Source: Clostridia bacterium
Lineage (GTDB): Bacteria; Bacillota; Clostridia; TANB77; RGIG9151
Length of the DNA: 64,000 nt
NCBI GenBank assembly: GCA_017450465.1
Contig: JAFSUW010000012.1
Span: forward strand, 4,035 to 68,034
Direction of reading: 5' to 3'
Shown here: piece by piece, positions 1-8,930 of the stretch
Layout of the letters: each line of letters begins with the position of its first letter
Position numbering within the stretch: the stretch's first letter is position 1
Notes under the pieces: generated by a model
What the model saw: the letters and a program-made list of their open reading frames with translations, nothing else
The model's database searches: none
Told to the model about the DNA's origin: nothing
Made by a program: the position numbers and the translations under genes

Positions 1-764
1 ATGATATGCTAAAAAGCATTGGTCGTATACACACATATAATGAATTCTTAAATAACTATAAATTAGCACGAGAAAAAGGTTTTAATAACATAAGTGTTGA
101 TTTAATTTTTGGTTTGCCAAATCAAACTATATCTATGTGGGAAAAAACATTAGATGAAATATTAAAATTAAAGCCAAATCATATATCTTGTTATTCGCTT
201 AAAGTTGAGGAAAATACACCATTTTTTAAGCTTCAAAAAGAAGGGAAGTTAATACTTCCTTCTGAAGAAGTTGAACGTGAAATGTATCACTTATGTATAA
301 ATAAATTACGAGATAATGGGTATAATCAATATGAGATTTCTAATTTTTCGTTACCGGGTTTTGAATCAAAGCATAACTTAGTTTATTGGAAACGAAAAGA
401 TTATTTGGGGCTAGGACTAAATGCTGCTTCATGTATAGAAAACACACGATTTTCAAATGAGGTAGATATAAATAAATATATAGATAAAATAAATAACAAT
501 GAAAATGTTGTTATTTTTAATGAAGAATTAGATGAAAAAGAAATACTTAAAGAAAAGATAATGCTTAATTTACGGTTAAATGAAGGGCTAAACTTAAACG
601 AAATATTAGTAAAATTAAATAAAGATGAACAAGAAAATTTTTTAACTAATGTAAATTATTTAATGGATTTAGGATTAATTTCTAAAGAAGAGAATAAAAT
701 TAAATTAACAGTAAAAGGCATCGATGTATCGAATCAAATTTTTATCAAATTAATGGAGGTATAA
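1..764 (+). CDS. hemW: HemW/HemN-like radical SAM protein, C-terminal part (5' end outside window)
   Basis: Frame is open to the window edge. 'ISVDLIFGLPNQT...HISCYSLKVEENTPF' and the HemN_C-like tail are typical of HemW. Confidence 0.8.
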   Translation, partial: DMLKSIGRIHTYNEFLNNYKLAREKGFNNISVDLIFGLPNQTISMWEKTLDEILKLKPNHISCYSLKVEENTPFFKLQKEGKLILPSEEVEREMYHLCINKLRDNGYNQYEISNFSLPGFESKHNLVYWKRKDYLGLGLNAASCIENTRFSNEVDINKYIDKINNNENVVIFNEELDEKEILKEKIMLNLRLNEGLNLNEILVKLNKDEQENFLTNVNYLMDLGLISKEENKIKLTVKGIDVSNQIFIKLMEV

Positions 765-765
765 T

Positions 766-1533
766 ATGAGAATTTTTGCAGTAGGTGATGTAGTAGGAAA
801 TCCTGGTAGAACAGTATTAAAAGAAAACTTAAAATCTATACAAGAAAAATATAAAATTGATTTTACTATCGTAAATGGTGAAAATGCATCGGGTGGTGTA
901 GGAATTGATCCACGATGTGCAACTGAAATTTTTGATGCGGGAGCAAATGTAATTACACTTGGAAATCATACATGGCGCAAAAAAAATGTAGTAAAAATTT
1001 TAGATGATAATAGAGTTGTAAGACCAATAAATTATTTAGATGGAACCTTAGGTACAGGTTGTAGAATTTTTAATGTGTTGGGTAAACGTATTGCAGTGTT
1101 AAATGCTGTTGGAAGAATTTTTATGGACCCTGTTTCTAATCCATATGTTGCACTCAAAAATAAAATTGATGAAATTCATGATGAAGTGGATATAATAATT
1201 GTAGATTTTCATGCTGAGGCAACATCAGAAAAAATTGCAATGGGACATTTTTTAGATGGTAGAGTAAATTTAGTTTATGGAACTCATACACATGTGCAAA
1301 CAGCAGATGAAAAGATACTTCCTAAGGGTACAGCATATATCACAGACATTGGTATGACAGGCCCAACAGATTCTGTAATTGGTGCAGATAAATTTGTTGT
1401 TATGAATATTTTCACTACAGAAATACCAGATCATATGCCATGTGCTGGAGGAGAAGCAAGCATAAATGGAATAATTTTAGAGGTTGATGACGAAACCTGC
1501 AAAACAGTATCAATAGAGCGTTTTAGCATGTAG
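766..1533 (+). CDS. ymdB: YmdB-family metallophosphoesterase (2',3'-cyclic-nucleotide phosphodiesterase)
   Basis: 'MRIFAVGDVVGNPGR', 'VNGENASGG', 'VDFHAEATSEK' and 'GTHTHVQTAD' motifs. Lies next to spoVS, as in Bacillus. Confidence 0.85.
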   Translation: MRIFAVGDVVGNPGRTVLKENLKSIQEKYKIDFTIVNGENASGGVGIDPRCATEIFDAGANVITLGNHTWRKKNVVKILDDNRVVRPINYLDGTLGTGCRIFNVLGKRIAVLNAVGRIFMDPVSNPYVALKNKIDEIHDEVDIIIVDFHAEATSEKIAMGHFLDGRVNLVYGTHTHVQTADEKILPKGTAYITDIGMTGPTDSVIGADKFVVMNIFTTEIPDHMPCAGGEASINGIILEVDDETCKTVSIERFSM

Positions 1534-1643
1534 AAAAATGTCGATAATTTCTTATTTAAATAAGTTTAAAATACTTGAAAGTGAAATTGATTTATTGTAA
1601 AATATTAGTGTAGCACAAATGAAAAAAATAAGGAGGTAATAAC

Positions 1644-1910
1644 ATGGATATTTTAAAAGTATCATCGAAGTCTAGTCCTAATTCAATTGCAGGAGCACTC
1701 GCAGGAGTTGTTAGAGAAAAAGGTTCAGCAGAACTTCAAGCAGTAGGTGCAGGTGCGATAAATCAAGCCGTAAAGGCAGTTGCAATTGCAAGAGGATTTG
1801 TAGCACCAGCTGGTGTAGACTTAATTTGTATCCCAGCGTTTACAGACATTCAAATTAATGGTGAGGAAAAGACAGCAGTAAAAATAATTGTTCAACCAAA
1901 GAATAATTAA
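1644..1910 (+). CDS. spoVS: Stage V sporulation protein S
   Basis: 88 aa: 'LKVSSKSSPNSIAGALAGVVRE...AVGAGAINQAVKAVAIARGF'. Strong AGGAGG RBS. Confidence 0.9.
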   Translation: MDILKVSSKSSPNSIAGALAGVVREKGSAELQAVGAGAINQAVKAVAIARGFVAPAGVDLICIPAFTDIQINGEEKTAVKIIVQPKNN

Positions 1911-1918
1911 GACATTTT

Positions 1919-1944
1919 GGCTCCAGGTATAAGGGGCCTTTTTT
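1919..1944 (+). terminator. Rho-independent terminator after spoVS
   Basis: Hairpin ggctcc-aggtataa-ggggcc followed by a T6 run. Confidence 0.7.
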
Positions 1945-2062
1945 AATGCTGATAAATCTGTATTTTAATTAAAATCTACATTGAATTTATTAATAAATTA
2001 ACGAAAATTGTCGATAATATAATTGGATTTTTTGTTTATAGTGTATTAAAGGAGGGACAATT

Positions 2063-2551
2063 ATGCTTGAAAACTGTTTGATACCTTATGGGACAACTAA
2101 ATCATTAAGTGGGAAAATGAAACTACGAGATGATAAGAAAAGTATGATTAGTGGCATTTCTTTTTTTGCTCTTTTTATTATTATATTTATAGCATGTTTT
2201 TTAATAGGTATTTTAAAAGAAGGGTATGCAGTATTATCATTGGGTTCACTTGTTGGTATAGCAATTTTTATATATTTAATTTCATTAAGCCCATTTTTGC
2301 AAAATCTTAATAATTATTATATAGAATTCCCTAATGAAAAATCTCTTGAAGATTTTAGACTTTTATACAAAAATAAATTAGTAAAGGTTGAATATAAAAT
2401 TGATGAAAATGGTAGAATTTCTTTTAATGATGATGATAATTTAGAATGTATATCTTATGCTGATGGAAGTAAAATGACTAATTTAACAAAAAATAAAATT
2501 TTTAATTATTTTTCATTGTGGTTATCAGAATATGATTTACTTTCAGAATAA
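2063..2551 (+). CDS. Hypothetical membrane protein (two predicted TM helices)
   Basis: Strong RBS (aaaggaggg). Two hydrophobic helices, then a soluble tail. I recognise no family. Confidence 0.55.
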   Translation: MLENCLIPYGTTKSLSGKMKLRDDKKSMISGISFFALFIIIFIACFLIGILKEGYAVLSLGSLVGIAIFIYLISLSPFLQNLNNYYIEFPNEKSLEDFRLLYKNKLVKVEYKIDENGRISFNDDDNLECISYADGSKMTNLTKNKIFNYFSLWLSEYDLLSE

Positions 2552-2563
2552 TTAAGACATTTT

Positions 2564-2588
2564 GGCTCCGGATTAAGGGGCCTTTTTT
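2564..2588 (+). terminator. Rho-independent terminator, near-copy of the spoVS terminator
   Basis: ggctcc-ggatta-aggggcc plus T6. Part of the roughly 50-bp direct repeat shared with 1901-1950. Confidence 0.7.
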
Positions 2589-2625
2589 AATGCTCAACAA
2601 TTTATCTAACTAGCAAAAACCTCCA

Positions 2626-2653
2626 TTGACAATTACCCTATTTGTGATATACT
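2626..2653 (+). promoter_or_regulatory. Sigma-A type promoter for the ABC operon
   Basis: TTGACA, 16-nt spacer, TATACT with an upstream TG. Confidence 0.5.
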
Positions 2654-2693
2654 AACCGTGATGAATAAGTTCACATTTTGAGAGGAATTACAT

Positions 2694-3383
2694 ATGGAAC
2701 CAATTATTAAGATAGAAAATGTAAGAAAAATATATAAAGTTGGTAATGAAAAAATACTTGCGTTAGATGGCGTAGATTTAACTATAAATAAAGGTGAATT
2801 TTGTTGTTTACTTGGTACATCTGGTTCTGGTAAATCAACACTACTAAACGTTATGGCAGGTATTGAAAAATTAACGAGCGGTGAAATTATTATTCGAAAT
2901 AGATGCATAAATAAAATGACGGAAACGCAGCTTTCAATTTTTAGGCAAAAGTATTTGGGCTTTATATTTCAAGCATATAATTTAGTACCATCGCTTACTG
3001 CTTTTGAAAATATTGAACTTCCACTTATTTTTAAGGAAGTACCAAAAAAAGAAAGAATAAAAAGAGTAAAAGAACTAGTAAAAGCAGTTGGTCTTGAAAA
3101 AAGGTATAAACATAAACCATCCGAAATGAGCGGTGGTCAGCAGCAAAGAGTTGGTATTGCAAGAGCATTTGCAACGCTGCCGGAGATTATATTTGCTGAT
3201 GAGCCAACAGGTAATTTAGATTCAAAAACAACTATGGAAGTTATGGAGTTAATTCGAACTATGGCAAAAGAGTATAATCAAACTATAGTAATGGTAACTC
3301 ACGATACTCGAATCGCAGAATTCGCAGATAAGGTTGTACATATACATGATGGTAAGATTACAGAAATAACAACGAAAAATTAA
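2694..3383 (+). CDS. ABC transporter ATP-binding protein (MacB/LolD/FtsE-like)
   Basis: Walker A 'GTSGSGKST', signature 'LSGGQQQRV', Walker B 'IFADEPTGNLD'. Confidence 0.85.
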   Translation: MEPIIKIENVRKIYKVGNEKILALDGVDLTINKGEFCCLLGTSGSGKSTLLNVMAGIEKLTSGEIIIRNRCINKMTETQLSIFRQKYLGFIFQAYNLVPSLTAFENIELPLIFKEVPKKERIKRVKELVKAVGLEKRYKHKPSEMSGGQQQRVGIARAFATLPEIIFADEPTGNLDSKTTMEVMELIRTMAKEYNQTIVMVTHDTRIAEFADKVVHIHDGKITEITTKN

Positions 3384-3428
3384 TGTGTGATATTTTTGTA
3401 CACAATTAGCATAAAGGAGTAGAGCAAA

Positions 3429-5129
3429 ATGAAAAAGTTTTTAGCAAGTCTATTATTAGTAGTATGTTTATTTAGTTTTATTACAGTAGTACACGCCGAT
3501 GACGACGATCGTGGTGGCCCAAAAGTTATTTTTGAAAACAAATCCGAAGTGCCAGAAGTCGATGCTGGTGATAGTTTTAAGTATAAATTTGTAATAAAAA
3601 ATACAGGTGATGAAACAGCAAAAAATATTACTATAACAACTGAAGATTCAGAAGCACCAATTCGTTGGGAAACTGCTATTAGTTCGTTTAATGTAAATAG
3701 ATTAACACCTGGTTTTAATAGAGAAATAGAACTTGCATTTACCGTAAAAGAGACAGCAGATAATGGCATATATTCAGTACCATTAAAGATAGAATATACA
3801 AACATGTCTGGTTCACCGTATACAAGTGCTCAAACTGTATATTTTAAGGTAAAAAATGAATTATCAAAACCACTTATAAATATTGAAAGTGTAAGAACTT
3901 TGCCTGAAAATATTGTGGCTGGCGGAAGAGTATCACTTAATTTTGTTATTCATAATGTTGGTGATTTAAATGCAAGACGTGTAAAACTTACTTTGTCGGG
4001 CCTTGATAAAGATGGTTTTATGGTAGCAGATTCAATTAATACTAGATATTTAGATAAATTAAGCGGCAAGAGTCAACAAACAATAACCTATGATTTATTA
4101 GTATCAGAAGATATAAAAAAGGGGACCGCTGCTCTTACTGCAAAACTTGAATATTATGACCCTGATAATAAAGAATACACAGATGAAAAAACAATTTATT
4201 TAAGTGGTATTCAAGGAAAAGAAGATAAAAAAGAAGACGATGATGATGACGATGATGAGAAGAAAAGTACACCAAAAATCATTATAAGTTCATATAATGC
4301 AAATCCTAGTGCAGTTGTTGCAGGAAAAAGAGTTAATTTTTCATTTACATTCCGCAACACGAGTACAACAAAGACAATAAAGAACATGAAAATAGTAGTA
4401 AGTTCAGATGATGGTGTATTTAATATAGAAGCAGGAAGTAACTCATTTTATGTTGCTGAACTTTTACCACAACAAGAAATGACAAGAATGATTGGACTAA
4501 GGCCAAATCAAGATACATTGTCACGTGCTTATCCTGTAAGTATAAACTTTGACTATGAAGATGGCAAAGGAAATCCATATACATCAACAGAAAAAATAAA
4601 TATTCAAGTTGTAGAATATTCTAATTTAACAATAAATAATATAAGTGGCCCTTATGAAATATATGAAGGTGCTAATGGTTCAATTTCTTTTGAGTATTAT
4701 AATATGGGTAAAGCAGTTGTATCAAATGTTAGTGCAACAGTAGAAGGAGCATTTAAGCCAAAAAGTGATTTTAATTATATAGGTAATTTAGAAGCAGGTA
4801 AGAGTGGGTACTTCGATTTAGATGTTGTTCCACGTACTGGTGAAAGTGGAGAATGCACAGGAATACTTGTACTTTCATATGAGGATTCAAGAGGTGAAGT
4901 GCATACTGTTAGAAAAGATTTTACAGGGTATGTGTATGGAGGAGAGGATACCCCTTCATTTAACAATGACGAACCAATAATAGATGATTTTTCAATGGGT
5001 GACGAAAAAGAACCTCTTGCTTGGTGGAAGATACTACTTATAGTACTTGGTATAGCGTTTGTTGTTGCAATTATTACAATTATAATTGTTAAGAAGATAC
5101 GATTAAAGAAAATGGAAGAGGAACTATAA
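3429..5129 (+). CDS. Secreted, C-terminally anchored protein with four CARDB/COG1361-like beta-sandwich repeats
   Basis: Signal peptide. Four segments of the type 'P.I.I...P..V.AG..V...F.I.N.G...A..V'. Poly-Asp linker and a C-terminal TM helix. Confidence 0.5.
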   Translation: MKKFLASLLLVVCLFSFITVVHADDDDRGGPKVIFENKSEVPEVDAGDSFKYKFVIKNTGDETAKNITITTEDSEAPIRWETAISSFNVNRLTPGFNREIELAFTVKETADNGIYSVPLKIEYTNMSGSPYTSAQTVYFKVKNELSKPLINIESVRTLPENIVAGGRVSLNFVIHNVGDLNARRVKLTLSGLDKDGFMVADSINTRYLDKLSGKSQQTITYDLLVSEDIKKGTAALTAKLEYYDPDNKEYTDEKTIYLSGIQGKEDKKEDDDDDDDEKKSTPKIIISSYNANPSAVVAGKRVNFSFTFRNTSTTKTIKNMKIVVSSDDGVFNIEAGSNSFYVAELLPQQEMTRMIGLRPNQDTLSRAYPVSINFDYEDGKGNPYTSTEKINIQVVEYSNLTINNISGPYEIYEGANGSISFEYYNMGKAVVSNVSATVEGAFKPKSDFNYIGNLEAGKSGYFDLDVVPRTGESGECTGILVLSYEDSRGEVHTVRKDFTGYVYGGEDTPSFNNDEPIIDDFSMGDEKEPLAWWKILLIVLGIAFVVAIITIIIVKKIRLKKMEEEL

Positions 5130-5141
5130 TAGGAGAACGTT

Positions 5142-6452
5142 ATGCGTAAAAGTGATTTTATAAAGATGGGAATAAAAAACTTATGGCGTAGAAAACTAAG
5201 GACCATACTTACTATGGTGGGCGTTATGATTGGTGCGTTTTCAATAATAGTTATGGTTTCGCTTGGTATTGCTATGAGTAAAAATTTTGAAGAAGAAATA
5301 ATGCAGATGGGAAGTTTAACAACCATAACTGTAAGTAAGTATTATTATGGCGATGAAAATATGATGAGTATGAGTAGTTCAACTTACACTCCACCCAAGC
5401 AGAAAGAATTAGATGATTCGTTAGTAGCAAAGATAAAAAAGCTTCCTCATGTTCAAGCTGTTACTCCAATTAATAGAATATCTGCGAAATTAAAATCTGG
5501 GAAATATGAGTCTTGGATTGATATTCAAGGAATAGACCCATCAACATTAGAATATTTTAATTTCCCAGAGGCAGAAGAAGGTAGACTACTTACACCAGAA
5601 GATACTATTGAATTATTAGTGGGTGCAGATTCATGTTATTTTTATAATCCAAATGCTGGTTATACAAGGTGGAACGATGAATCTCCAGTTGATATAATGA
5701 ATGATAAAATAGAAATTGCATTTGATTTATACAATGAAGAAGATAGACTTCCTACTTTTTCGAAAGCCAAAATTATAGGCAAAATGGTTGCCACAGGTAA
5801 TGAAAAAGATTGGAACATTTATGCAAATATTGAACAAGTAGAAAAGTGGAAGAAAGACTTAAAACGTTCAGGCACTAAAACCTATGATGATGCCGGATAC
5901 AGTTCGATTTTAGTTAGTGTAGATAATGTAAAAAATGTTGAACAAGTTCAAAAAACAATAAAAGATTGGGAGTATGGAGCAAGCAGTTTAGTAGATGCCT
6001 TAAAGCCAATGCAAGAAACATCTAATACACTTCAACTTATTTTAGGTGGTATTGGAGCTATTTCACTTTTAGTATCAGCAATTGGAATTGCAAATACAAT
6101 GATAATGTCAATTTATGAAAGAACCAAAGAAATAGGTGTTATGAAAGTTCTTGGGTGTTTGATATCAGATATTCGAAAACTATTCTTATTTGAAGCAGCA
6201 ATGATAGGGTTCTTTGGTGGAGTTGCTGGAATTTTGTTAAGTTATTTAGCATCGTATCTACTGAATAAATATGGAAGTGGAATAGGAGAAGCAATAGGCG
6301 GTATTGGTGGCGGAAGCGGTAAGATATCTGTAATACCTCTATGGCTTGTGTTACTTTCACTAGGATTTTCAGTATTTGTTGGTATAGTATCTGGTTATTA
6401 TCCAGCAAGACGAGCAACGAAAATAAAAGCATTAGAAGCAATGAGAGAATAA
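5142..6452 (+). CDS. ABC transporter permease, FtsX/MacB type
   Basis: N-terminal TM helix, large extracytoplasmic domain, C-terminal FtsX-like four-helix region ('RTKEIGVMKVLG'). Confidence 0.8.
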   Translation: MRKSDFIKMGIKNLWRRKLRTILTMVGVMIGAFSIIVMVSLGIAMSKNFEEEIMQMGSLTTITVSKYYYGDENMMSMSSSTYTPPKQKELDDSLVAKIKKLPHVQAVTPINRISAKLKSGKYESWIDIQGIDPSTLEYFNFPEAEEGRLLTPEDTIELLVGADSCYFYNPNAGYTRWNDESPVDIMNDKIEIAFDLYNEEDRLPTFSKAKIIGKMVATGNEKDWNIYANIEQVEKWKKDLKRSGTKTYDDAGYSSILVSVDNVKNVEQVQKTIKDWEYGASSLVDALKPMQETSNTLQLILGGIGAISLLVSAIGIANTMIMSIYERTKEIGVMKVLGCLISDIRKLFLFEAAMIGFFGGVAGILLSYLASYLLNKYGSGIGEAIGGIGGGSGKISVIPLWLVLLSLGFSVFVGIVSGYYPARRATKIKALEAMRE

Positions 6453-6481
6453 AAAAATACGGCATATGCCGTATTTTTTTT
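6451..6481. terminator. Bidirectional terminator between the permease gene and rmuC
   Basis: A-run, hairpin atacggcat/atgccgtat, T-run. Confidence 0.7.
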
Positions 6482-6525
6482 AGTAAATATAGTCGTGTTG
6501 GGGGCAACGACTATTACTGTCTAGA

Positions 6526-7665
6526 TTAATCTTCAATATTATCTGAAATTAAAAATCCTTCACCTTCGGTTAAACTTGTTACAGAATCAAGTTTTTTCTG
6601 AATCTGTCGTGTACGAACCCCTACTAGTTTGTCTAATTCACTGTTTGCTTGTTCAAGACGATGTTTCGTTTCGTTTAATGTTTCTTCAAATTTATCGAAT
6701 TCAGTTTTCACACTACTCAAAATTTGCCAAACTTCACTTGAACGTTTTTGAATTGCAAGTGTCTTAAATCCCATCTGTAAGCTATTTAATAATGCAGCCA
6801 TTGTAGTTGGCCCTGCAATTACAATTTTAAATTTATCCTGAAGCTCCTCTACTAATCCGCGTTTTACAACTTCTGCATAAAGCCCTTCAAAAGGTAAAAA
6901 CATAATACCGAAATCCGTTGTATCCGGTGGTGCAATATATTTATCATGTATATCTTTGGCAAACAATTTTATGGATTTTTCAAAAGTAGTTGCTGCCTCA
7001 TTTACTTTTTCCTGATCTGCCGTGTCATAAGCAGTAAGAAGGGCATTATAAGCATCTAGTGGGAATTTTGAATCTATTGGAAGTAGTACATTGCCGTTGC
7101 CTTGACCTGGAAGTTTTATAGCGAATTCGACTACATTAGTAGAATTCTTCTTTGTTGCAATATTTGTTTCGTATTGCTCAGGAGCAAGGATTTGCTCTAA
7201 AATTGCCCCAAGTTGGATTTCTCCTAAAATACCGCGAGTTTTTACATTTGACAAAACCTTTTTTAAGTCGCCAACACCGGTCGCTAAATTCTGCATTTCG
7301 CCAAGCCCTTTATATACTTGCTCAAGACGTTCACTAACTAACTTAAAAGATTCAGAGATACGAGAATCTAAAGTTTTTTGAAGTTTATCGTCTACTGTTG
7401 AACGCATTTGTTCAAGCTTTATATTGTTATCATCTTGCATAAATTTAAGGCGTGCCTCGATTTGAACTAAAGTATCACTTACGGTTTTTTGAAGAGTGTT
7501 GTTTCTTTCGGTAAGCTGAAAATTTAGTTCGCTAAGGCGTCTATCGTAAGCTTCGGTTGTGTTTTTTTGTGTAGCAATAATGTTATCACCCATTATTTTT
7601 ATTGAAACAATTATTGTAATAAAAATAATTATAAATAGAATAGCAGCTAAAAAATATATTTCCAT
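6526..7665 (-). CDS. rmuC: DNA recombination protein RmuC
   Basis: N-terminal TM helix, long coiled coil, C-terminal RmuC domain ('FAIKLPG...VLLPIDSKFPL', 'FGIMFLPFEGLY'). Confidence 0.85.
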   Translation of the reverse strand: MEIYFLAAILFIIIFITIIVSIKIMGDNIIATQKNTTEAYDRRLSELNFQLTERNNTLQKTVSDTLVQIEARLKFMQDDNNIKLEQMRSTVDDKLQKTLDSRISESFKLVSERLEQVYKGLGEMQNLATGVGDLKKVLSNVKTRGILGEIQLGAILEQILAPEQYETNIATKKNSTNVVEFAIKLPGQGNGNVLLPIDSKFPLDAYNALLTAYDTADQEKVNEAATTFEKSIKLFAKDIHDKYIAPPDTTDFGIMFLPFEGLYAEVVKRGLVEELQDKFKIVIAGPTTMAALLNSLQMGFKTLAIQKRSSEVWQILSSVKTEFDKFEETLNETKHRLEQANSELDKLVGVRTRQIQKKLDSVTSLTEGEGFLISDNIED

Positions 7666-7724
7666 AATAACCTCCTTATTCGAACATATTATCGGTTAAA
7701 ATTATCGAAAAGTTTATTTAAAAC

Positions 7725-7746
7725 AAAAAACGGACCATTTGGTCCG
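7725..7746 (-). terminator. Terminator downstream of tRNA-Trp
   Basis: On the minus strand: gcggaccaaatggtccg followed by a T run. Confidence 0.6.
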
Positions 7747-7754
7747 CATTTTCT

Positions 7755-7828
7755 TGGCAGGGGTGGAGAGAATCGAACTCCCATCAAAAGTTTTGGAGAC
7801 TCCTATTCTACCATTGAACGACACCCCT
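7755..7828 (-). tRNA. tRNA-Trp (anticodon CCA)
   Basis: Folded by hand: acceptor AGGGGTG/CACCCCT, anticodon loop CTCCAAA, T-loop TTCGATT, encoded CCA. Confidence 0.9.
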
Positions 7829-7879
7829 AACTGTTACTTAGTTATTATAGCAATAGTATAGGGAAATGTCAAATGTTTT

Positions 7880-8908
7880 CTATTCATTTTCATTAAATAG
7901 TAAATTAATCTGATCTATAATTGTTATAATTTTATTAAGTGTAATATAATCATGTTCTATAACAGATTTAATAAGTAGGTTAGGGTAGTTTTCGTCTGGC
8001 GAAGGTTTTTTATTTAAATTAAAGTTTTCTATTAAGAATTTAATATATATATTATCTTTATTTATAGATATTTCAAATGGTAAATAATTTTTCTCGTATA
8101 TTTTATATAATTCAGTGTCAAAATTATTTGGTAAAAATCTATTTTCTTTTGATGTCTCGAATAATCTTATTATTTTATTTGCTTTTAAGAGTGCAGGTTC
8201 GATATAGAAATTTCTACTAGGTATTTTAGCAATAAAACCATTAAAATATGGCTTTGTTGTTTCTCTTACACTAAACTCAGGAAACCCAGTAAATTTGGGG
8301 TCAGTATAAAAAGTTTTTTGGGCAGTTTTGATTGATAAATTAGCGAGTTTTATAGTTAAATTATTATTACCTTTGTACTCAATATAATGATTAACGGAAA
8401 AATAATCAATCTTTTTTTGCAAGTCATGAAAAAGTGAGTTTAAATATAAATCAGAAACTACGTTTTCTGGTTTGAATTCTTCTATATATTTAGAATCATT
8501 TATTAGATAAGAGACAAGTTTTTTCGCTACCATTTTGCGATAATTTTCTCTAGGAGTATCATTTGAGCTTAAAAAATATAACTGTACTTTGGAAATTGTT
8601 ATAGCAACAAAGAGGATACTTATTGTTAATAAAGTAAAAAGTGGACTATCAATGTGTTCTTTATTTGTAGCTAAGGATAGTGGAAGTCCAAATATTATAA
8701 GCAATATAGTTATTATTTCAAAAATGTGCATATTTTTCCTTTGTTTTTTTAATTCCTCATATTCATTAGTCACTATGATACTAGAATAGAAATTTTCAAA
8801 ATTTGTATCATAAATAGGCAAAGAAAAGTTAAAAGAATAATATTTCATAAAATGTAGTATCATTAGCAATATTGGTATAGCGAATAACATACATATTAAA
8901 AGACCCAT
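7880..8908 (-). CDS. Hypothetical membrane protein, very AT-rich
   Basis: 342-aa ORF with three N-terminal hydrophobic helices and a soluble C-terminal domain. No family confidently recognised. Confidence 0.5.
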   Translation of the reverse strand: MGLLICMLFAIPILLMILHFMKYYSFNFSLPIYDTNFENFYSSIIVTNEYEELKKQRKNMHIFEIITILLIIFGLPLSLATNKEHIDSPLFTLLTISILFVAITISKVQLYFLSSNDTPRENYRKMVAKKLVSYLINDSKYIEEFKPENVVSDLYLNSLFHDLQKKIDYFSVNHYIEYKGNNNLTIKLANLSIKTAQKTFYTDPKFTGFPEFSVRETTKPYFNGFIAKIPSRNFYIEPALLKANKIIRLFETSKENRFLPNNFDTELYKIYEKNYLPFEISINKDNIYIKFLIENFNLNKKPSPDENYPNLLIKSVIEHDYITLNKIITIIDQINLLFNENE

Positions 8909-8930
8909 AAATCTCTTCTCCTTTTATATT

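Noticed and set aside
6341-6529. Small ORFs at 6341-6529(+) and 6139-6507(-) spanning the permease 3' end and the terminator.
   Set aside because: They overlap the FtsX-domain coding region and a bidirectional terminator, with no RBS and no meaningful sequence features.
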